A stretch of 64,000 nucleotides of DNA from Candidatus Dadabacteria bacterium (GTDB taxonomy: Bacteria > Desulfobacterota_D > UBA1144 > Nemesobacterales > CSP1-2): NCBI GenBank assembly GCA_963805855.1, contig CAWDVW010000005.1:640001-704000 (forward strand), read 5' to 3'. Below the pieces are notes generated by a model. It was not told the DNA's origin. It searched no databases and saw only the letters and a list, made by a program, of their open reading frames with translations. Positions 57,702 through 64,000 of this stretch are shown piece by piece. Position 1 is the stretch's first letter. Every line of letters starts with the position of its first letter. A program made the position numbers and the translations under genes.

Positions 57702-58916
57702 ATGAATCTTCTATTGGCATTAAAAGTTTCGTACGATGCAGTCACGTCAAACAAATTACGCTCGGTACTCACGACACTTGGTATCATAATCGGCGTTGCT
57801 GCGGTGATAACACTCGTGGCACTAACCCAGGGGGCTAAGACAATAATAGAGGAGCAATTAACCAACCTTGGAGGGAATTCTTTAATAGTCAATTATGGTA
57901 AGAGAGCTGGAACTGGTATCGTAACAAGATCAAATATCAAAAGTCCCCTGACCGCGGCAGATGCAGATGCCATACGCGATCTGAGTATAGTGAGGTTTGC
58001 TTCTCCCATCATAGATACGGCAGCAACAGTAGTATCAGGTAACCGTAACTGGTTCACAACACTCGTAGGTGTATCGACAGACTTCATAAATATTAACGAT
58101 TGGTTTCCAGACCAGGGAAACTTTTTCAATAATGGAGATGTCCTAAGTGATGCAAGAGTTTGCGTTGTTGGGAAGACCGTAGCGAATAAACTTTTCGGAT
58201 ATCAGAATCCTACTGGTAAGTCCGTCAGAATTGGCAATTACTCATTTAAGATTATTGGGGTGATGAGTCCCATTGGACAGACCCCCAGTGGCAAAGACCA
58301 AGACGATGTGATATTAATGCCATATACCACACTTCAGAAAAGGATCACGGGTATTTCCCATGTAGAAAATATCTCTGTTTCAGTTAAAAATTCAGGTGAC
58401 GTGCCACTAGCGCAAACAAAAATAACCCAGCTATTAAGAGAGAGACACAAAATAGGACCTGACATGGTAGACGATTTCTATGTTAAAACACAGCTCTCGA
58501 TTATAGAGCGGATTTTCACAATCTCGAAGATCATGACCATACTCCTGGGAAGTATTGCCTCAATATCACTCATTGTCGGAGGCATCGGAATAATGAACAT
58601 TATGCTTGTTTCCGTTCGAGAGAGGACTCGAGAAATTGGCATTAGGATGGCCGTTGGTGCTAAAGAAGGTGATATACTAATACAGTTTCTGGTGGAAGCT
58701 GTATTAATCTCAATAGCGGGTGGAATAATTGGAATCATCATGGGAATAGCGGGTTCTAAGATTTCTTCCGCCTTCACAGGATGGCCTGGGGTGATTTCAT
58801 TCGGCTCAATTCTGATCGCGTTTGGATTCGCAGCGATAGTCGGGATTTTCTCAGGAATTTACCCAGCCAGGAAAGCTTCTAAATTGGACCCCATAGAAGC
58901 CCTTAGGTATGAGTAA
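57702..58916 (+). CDS. MacB/FtsX-family ABC transporter permease
   Basis: NKLRSVLTTLGIIIGVAAV, VGGIGIMNIMLVSVRERTREIGIRMAVGA, YPARKASKLDPIEALRYE. Confidence 0.93.
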   Translation: MNLLLALKVSYDAVTSNKLRSVLTTLGIIIGVAAVITLVALTQGAKTIIEEQLTNLGGNSLIVNYGKRAGTGIVTRSNIKSPLTAADADAIRDLSIVRFASPIIDTAATVVSGNRNWFTTLVGVSTDFININDWFPDQGNFFNNGDVLSDARVCVVGKTVANKLFGYQNPTGKSVRIGNYSFKIIGVMSPIGQTPSGKDQDDVILMPYTTLQKRITGISHVENISVSVKNSGDVPLAQTKITQLLRERHKIGPDMVDDFYVKTQLSIIERIFTISKIMTILLGSIASISLIVGGIGIMNIMLVSVRERTREIGIRMAVGAKEGDILIQFLVEAVLISIAGGIIGIIMGIAGSKISSAFTGWPGVISFGSILIAFGFAAIVGIFSGIYPARKASKLDPIEALRYE

Positions 58917-59011
58917 CACAGTCTTCTAACTGTAGGCTTATTTAAATCAATCAACGATTACGAAGCAGGAGAGAAAATATGTAGATCGACATTATTACCT
59001 GTATTAGAGAT

Positions 59012-59815
59012 CTAATTATGGTTCAAAAATGGGCATCCTAACTTTCGTATCAATTCGTCGATATATTCCAGGTCAGCCTTGGAAAGGTATGACTTAAAAC
59101 CCCCTATAATACCTTTACGAACCTTATAACTTTCATTGTCTCGCGTATCCGCTGGCCTAATTTTATCTGATTGGAAATAGTCTTCCCTTTCCAAATGTTT
59201 TAAATTACTAAAACTGGCGAACTCTACTGCTGTTCTTATAATATCTTCCTCAATGTAATCAAGCCCGAGAAAACTCAATACCGACGCTGTAATCTTTTCT
59301 GGACTCTTCTGCATATCTTCATATCGTACCAACAAGAAACCTTTCGGTTTAGACATGTTGTCATACCAAATATTGTAAAATGTTATAACTTTCATTGCAC
59401 CGTATTTATCGTGACGAATAAAGTCAGATATGCTCCCATTGAAAGATCCCACCCTCTTAGTGGCTTGAAAATAATGGGATACTAAAACGTCTCTGATATC
59501 GCGAACAAGAAAGATAACGTCTTTCCCGGCATATTCTGATTTATCAGCTGGTAACTCATAGTAGTTGTAACCCTCAATTATGGCGGAATAATCATGAATA
59601 AATTGGGTGCGGAGTATTCCGGCCTTGGATGTGATTTTGTAGGTATCAATAATTATCTCATCTGAAAATCCAAACTTTTCACAGAGTGCTTTGCCAATTA
59701 ATATCCTTAGCCATGTTCTTCCGGAATTAGGAAAGGATATAATATATGCATCGGTATTATGATTCCTATACTCTTCCTTTAGTCTAACTACGAAATTCTT
59801 AAAAACCTTTATCAT
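59012..59815 (-). CDS. PAPS-dependent sulfotransferase
   Basis: SFPNSGRTWL (5'-PSB), RDIRDVLVS.Y (3'-PB), RYEDM, KVRKG..G. Confidence 0.88.
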   Translation of the reverse strand: MIKVFKNFVVRLKEEYRNHNTDAYIISFPNSGRTWLRILIGKALCEKFGFSDEIIIDTYKITSKAGILRTQFIHDYSAIIEGYNYYELPADKSEYAGKDVIFLVRDIRDVLVSHYFQATKRVGSFNGSISDFIRHDKYGAMKVITFYNIWYDNMSKPKGFLLVRYEDMQKSPEKITASVLSFLGLDYIEEDIIRTAVEFASFSNLKHLEREDYFQSDKIRPADTRDNESYKVRKGIIGGFKSYLSKADLEYIDELIRKLGCPFLNHN

Positions 59816-60016
59816 ATAAACTTTTGAGTCTACTTTAAAAATAAAATCGATCTACAAGAACTTTTCGATCTCAACGCTCCCAAGTTACTCCATGTTTCCA
59901 TCGCTCTTTAACCCATTTACAATTATGACATTCTAACTGTAATAAAGATATTTACAGTCAATGTTGCTTGAAATAATAAAACCCAATAGAATTAAATACC
60001 TCTTTAGAAGGTAAAT

Positions 60017-60886
60017 ATGAGCACACGTCCTCCTATTATAATAACCGGAATGAGCCGCTCAGGTACCGGGGTACTGACAAAAATGCTCGAACGACTGGGT
60101 CTTTTTGTAGGACTAAGAAAAGAAAGAAACCATGAGGCATTGTTTTTTGAAAAACTGAACCGATGGCTTTTGTATCAGTGCAGTGGGGGGTTGGAGAACC
60201 CAAAGACAATTAAATACCTTCTTGAAGATAAAGAATCCCGAAGGCTATTTGCGAACTTCTTACGCTTCATAATGAAAACACCGCTAGCAATTTCATTTCT
60301 TGGATTGAGTAAATATTTACGCTATCATACACCTGCGAATCTCGATATTCCATGGGGATGGAAAGACCCTCGTAACACCTATACTTTGCCCATCTGGCTA
60401 GATATATTTCCCGATGCAAAAGTAATTCATATATACAGACATGGTGTTGACGTAGTAGAGAGCCTGCGGGTAAGAAGAGAAAAGGGGCTTTCAAGATTAA
60501 AAGACCGGCACCCTAGATTCAAGACTATTTATTGGTTCTACCTGACGCTAAAATTCGTAGAGGCACAGAGAACTTTTGTCGACCTGAGGTGTTCCTCGAT
60601 GGAAGAGGCATTAAATATGTGGGAAGAGTATCTTCAGGAGGCTCGATCCAATGTATGTAGACTTAAAGAAGGTGCTATGGAGATCAAATACGAGGATCTG
60701 CTTACAGAACCTGTCAGTATATTGAGGGAGCTTGCAAACTTTTGTGAATTAGACACCTCAGCCAGAGAAATTGAATTAGTAACACAGGAATTAAAAAGAA
60801 ATCGCGCTTATGCATACCTTGATGACCCAAAGTTAAAGGCATTTGCAGCCAGTGTAGCCGATAGGTTAAAAATTTACGGTTATTAG
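60017..60886 (+). CDS. Sulfotransferase family protein
   Basis: ITGMSRSGT, WGWKDPR, HIYRHG.DV..SL, IKYEDL. Confidence 0.85.
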   Translation: MSTRPPIIITGMSRSGTGVLTKMLERLGLFVGLRKERNHEALFFEKLNRWLLYQCSGGLENPKTIKYLLEDKESRRLFANFLRFIMKTPLAISFLGLSKYLRYHTPANLDIPWGWKDPRNTYTLPIWLDIFPDAKVIHIYRHGVDVVESLRVRREKGLSRLKDRHPRFKTIYWFYLTLKFVEAQRTFVDLRCSSMEEALNMWEEYLQEARSNVCRLKEGAMEIKYEDLLTEPVSILRELANFCELDTSAREIELVTQELKRNRAYAYLDDPKLKAFAASVADRLKIYGY

Positions 60887-60925
60887 CCAGCAACTTTTTA
60901 GAAAGCCACGATTCAGCTCCCGATA

Positions 60926-62275
60926 CTATGGCACGGGCAGCTCATTTTTCGAAATCCTCTTTTCTTCGCTTTTAATTAAGTCTCTTAGAAATATAAACGC
61001 CACAGAAGACTTAATAATTGCGTAACCCAAGAATGCGAAACCTGCTCCGAGGTAAGAAAACCTCGGTACAAGTACTATCAACAAACCAACATAAGTTGTT
61101 GTAGTTATTATGTCTAATACAGTTCTAAGGCCCGGTTTCCCGATCGCCAGCAAAGCGGCATTAATCCAGAAGGTTAGTTGTGATATTAAAATGGCAACGG
61201 TAACAACCCTGAGTGTATTTGTTGCTGCGACGTAATCTCTACCATAGAAAATACTGATTAGCTGTTCAGCTAAAAGAAGTATGATGATAGTTAATGGAAT
61301 TGTAAACTTAAGTAGGGTCTTTAATGAGTATTTAATTATATTTATAAAATCGGTTAATCCCTCTGATTTGGAGATGCTAACGAGTTCAGGGTAGATAGCC
61401 TGATGCAGAGGCCCTGAAAACCTTGTCATCAACTTTATAGCGGATCTGGCGATCTTGTAGTATGCGGCGGCGTCTTTACCGGAAAAATAACCAAGAGCCA
61501 AAATTCCCAGGAGATTTTCATTCCCCATCTTAAGAGTCCCGGTAAAGCTAGTATTACCCAAAAACCATGCTATTTCCTTCCATTGACTCCTGATTAACCC
61601 CAGTTTTGCCCTCCACCACCCACTGAGTTTAAACTCATTTAATGTTTGCGAAACAGCCCAAAATCTGATTGCAAAACCAAAAAAGCTGGCTGCCACATAT
61701 ATAAACAAAACACCCTTAATTCCCAGACCAATGAAAAGAACCAAACACACAAGGGCAACTCTGAAGAAAGTCTGGACAGAGGATATAAACGCTATTTTCT
61801 TAAATTTATTAAATACCCTGAGTATAGAATCAGAAGTCGAATTCGCCGTATCTATAAGCAGACTGATTGAATAAATTATAATAAGTGTGTAGGCCTGAGG
61901 AGAGTGTATAAAATATTTGTTAGCAAGATTTGCTGTAAGAACCGCAATTGCAAATGCCAGTATTCCAGTAGATATATCCACCATATAGGAAAGCTTGACC
62001 ATCGAACGAGTTCTCTCATAATCCCTTTTTCCCCAAAATGTCCCGATGTATTTTGTAGCAGTTTCCCAGACCCTAACATCAAAAAATCTGTTTAGAAATT
62101 CCACGTATGCAACTATTAGCGCCAGCAGTCCAAAATCGCTGACGCCTAGAATTCTTGCTAAGACAATCGGTTCTATAGCAGCAAAGACTGCGGATACAGT
62201 ATTGCCACCAAACAGCCAGGATGCGTTCAGAAATAAATTCTGTTTTATATTTTTCTTATCGCTCATGTTTCCCAA
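60926..62275 (-). CDS. Wzx-like oligosaccharide flippase
   Basis: Multi-TM protein, ARILG..DFG, Y..A, YP motifs typical of polysaccharide exporters. Confidence 0.85.
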   Translation of the reverse strand: MGNMSDKKNIKQNLFLNASWLFGGNTVSAVFAAIEPIVLARILGVSDFGLLALIVAYVEFLNRFFDVRVWETATKYIGTFWGKRDYERTRSMVKLSYMVDISTGILAFAIAVLTANLANKYFIHSPQAYTLIIIYSISLLIDTANSTSDSILRVFNKFKKIAFISSVQTFFRVALVCLVLFIGLGIKGVLFIYVAASFFGFAIRFWAVSQTLNEFKLSGWWRAKLGLIRSQWKEIAWFLGNTSFTGTLKMGNENLLGILALGYFSGKDAAAYYKIARSAIKLMTRFSGPLHQAIYPELVSISKSEGLTDFINIIKYSLKTLLKFTIPLTIIILLLAEQLISIFYGRDYVAATNTLRVVTVAILISQLTFWINAALLAIGKPGLRTVLDIITTTTYVGLLIVLVPRFSYLGAGFAFLGYAIIKSSVAFIFLRDLIKSEEKRISKNELPVP

Positions 62276-62483
62276 GAAACAGACAAATCAGCCCGATAAA
62301 TATCCAACTTAATACGAATCGGAGCCTGATTATGTCTTTAACTCTTCAAGATCAATAATCTTATCCTTTTAAGCCATGAAACTTGACATTTCACAGTAAC
62401 TACCTTTAATTTAAGTATATTCTATAATACACGATATATTCTTTGCTCGAAGTGGCACATAGAGTTGAAGATATTCTGAAGAA

Positions 62484-62729
62484 TTGATGTCTGACTTAGC
62501 ATCACGGCTACTAAAAACACTCTGCACAGGTTTAGGGGAAGGCAATACGAATACGGATAAGCTCACAAATTCGATATTAGAATCAAATCCTCAAAGGGAC
62601 TACAATAGTACAAAAATTGAAATTGTACAATGCCTTAAGGAGCTAAAAGAAAGCGGTCAGATACAGATCGTAACCACCGGCTGGGAACTTGGGCAAGAGT
62701 TCTTCTATATTTGCGCAAAAAGACTGTAG
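62484..62729 (+). CDS. Small hypothetical protein (possibly winged-helix)
   Basis: 81-aa ORF with an I..CL.ELKESG.I pattern and TTGACA upstream at 62383. Confidence 0.55.
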   Translation: MMSDLASRLLKTLCTGLGEGNTNTDKLTNSILESNPQRDYNSTKIEIVQCLKELKESGQIQIVTTGWELGQEFFYICAKRL

Positions 62730-62865
62730 AAGTAGAGGTTTTGTCCTTATCACTCTTAGTTCCAGAAAAGTCGCAAGATTCGAATTTAGGCACCCCTCTA
62801 GTTTCCTTTCGCAAATTTATTGCACACCTCTTTCGTCTATATTTTAGTTTCCCCTAAAAACCCTC

Positions 62866-62894
62866 TTGAAATACATACACATAATTTATACAAT
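62866..62894 (+). promoter_or_regulatory. Putative sigma-70 promoter
   Basis: TTGAAA-N17-TACAAT, followed by GGAGG and the ATG at 62921. Confidence 0.55.
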
Positions 62895-62920
62895 TATAAG
62901 CTCACGGAGGCGCCCAATCG

Positions 62921-64000
62921 ATGAGAAGAGGAGAAAAAGTTTTCTATGTGAAAGACTTCATTCAAACAGTTCCTCTCCACTCCCCCAAAAAGATATTTGA
63001 AGAACTGGAAAACCTGGGATACCGGGGACAAGACAGGGCAAGAAAAGCGGTTTCTCTTGCGGCATACCGTCATGTGAAAAGGCTCAAGCTACTCCACAAT
63101 AAACGCATACCAAGATCAGAAATACCTCCACGACCAAACACGATTCTCATGGGTCCGACCGGATGTGGGAAAACCTACTTAATTGAATTGCTCTTTGGAG
63201 AAATATTTAAGCTCCCGTTTGTAATCATAGATATGACAAAGTTTACTGAATCTGGCTATGTCGGAGATGATGTCGTAAACATACTCGTTCAGCTCGTCTA
63301 CGCTGCTAATGAAAGCATTGATATAGGAGAGTGCGGAATTGTAGTACTGGATGAGTTTGATAAGATCGCCGGGGCATATAGCAGCGCCAGATTCGCTGGC
63401 CAGGGAACGACAAAAGATGTTTCCGGCTACGGAGTTCAGAGAGAGCTTCTTAAAATCTTGGAGGGTACAGATATTCAGATTCCCCTCGATTTCGGATTCT
63501 CAAGCAGGGGTCCAAGGGCTCTTATTTCAACGAGGGACATCTCATTTTTTGCCGTAGGCGCTTTCTCCGGAATAAGAAGTCTATTTGAAAAAGGCGGGCT
63601 CGGATTCCTGCAGAAGGTTGAGGAAAACTTTGAAGGGGAGGAGACAATCGCATATAAGCTCAGTGAAGAGGAAGCAGATGACGTTTCGAGATTTCATCTA
63701 TTTGGATTCCTTCCCGAGCTAATCGCGAGGTTTAACAGGATCGTACCCTTTTCTCCGCTGGATAATGAGACACTAAGAGAGATCCTCTTTCTAAGGGTTC
63801 AAAAATATATAAGAGAATTCGAAGAGGAGGGATTTAAGTTGCATGTGGAACCAGTGGTCGCTGAGTTTATCATAAGGGAGGCCAGGAAAAGACAGACAGG
63901 GGCGAGGGGGCTCGATGTTCTAATCTCCAAGTACTTAGAAGAGGTTGCCTTCGAGATATTTGGCAAGGGGGATGAAGGTGAGGTTATACTCAGGGTTTTA
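62921..64000 (+). CDS. ClpX-like AAA+ ATPase lacking the N-terminal zinc domain (3'-truncated, absent from the ORF track)
   Basis: Manual translation: MRRGEK...GQDRARKAVS...MGPTGCGKT...TESGYVGDDV...VLDEFDKIA...KDVSGYGVQRELLKILEG...LGF...PELIARF...TGARGL. No stop before the window end. Confidence 0.9.
   Translation, partial: MRRGEKVFYVKDFIQTVPLHSPKKIFEELENLGYRGQDRARKAVSLAAYRHVKRLKLLHNKRIPRSEIPPRPNTILMGPTGCGKTYLIELLFGEIFKLPFVIIDMTKFTESGYVGDDVVNILVQLVYAANESIDIGECGIVVLDEFDKIAGAYSSARFAGQGTTKDVSGYGVQRELLKILEGTDIQIPLDFGFSSRGPRALISTRDISFFAVGAFSGIRSLFEKGGLGFLQKVEENFEGEETIAYKLSEEEADDVSRFHLFGFLPELIARFNRIVPFSPLDNETLREILFLRVQKYIREFEEEGFKLHVEPVVAEFIIREARKRQTGARGLDVLISKYLEEVAFEIFGKGDEGEVILRVL

Noticed and set aside
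62454-62470. TGGCAC as a sigma-54 promoter
   Set aside because: There is no GC at the -12 position.
63351-63557. 68-aa ORF from the track
   Set aside because: It is an out-of-frame overlap with the ClpX-like gene.

Overview
Bacterial genomic window in three parts. (1) 1-28.9 kb is the 3' part of a large NRPS cluster: a 5'-truncated A-NMT-T-E protein, a 7177-aa six-module NRPS ending in an unusual T-[acyl-ACP-reductase-like NAD(P) domain]-TE tail, MbtH, a lipoprotein PQQ-type beta-propeller and an Sfp-type PPTase. (2) 29-56 kb holds housekeeping genes (coaBC, ilvD, metG, holB, tmk, trpFBA), a type IVa minor-pilin/PilY1 operon with a sigma-54 promoter motif, and an HUH/Y1 transposase bounded by perfect 28-bp terminal inverted repeats. 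(3) 56-64 kb has surface-glycan-type genes (SGNH protein, two sulfotransferases, flippase), an ABC permease and a 3'-truncated ClpX paralog without the zinc-binding domain. The intergenic DNA is rich in small repeats: several REP-like hairpin families, a 264-bp deletion derivative of the transposon, a pseudoknot/long-hairpin element in two copies, and nested insertions. One short repeat family also sits in frame inside four NRPS adenylation domains. All calls come from reading the sequence and from remembered motifs; no database search was run and the taxon is not determined.
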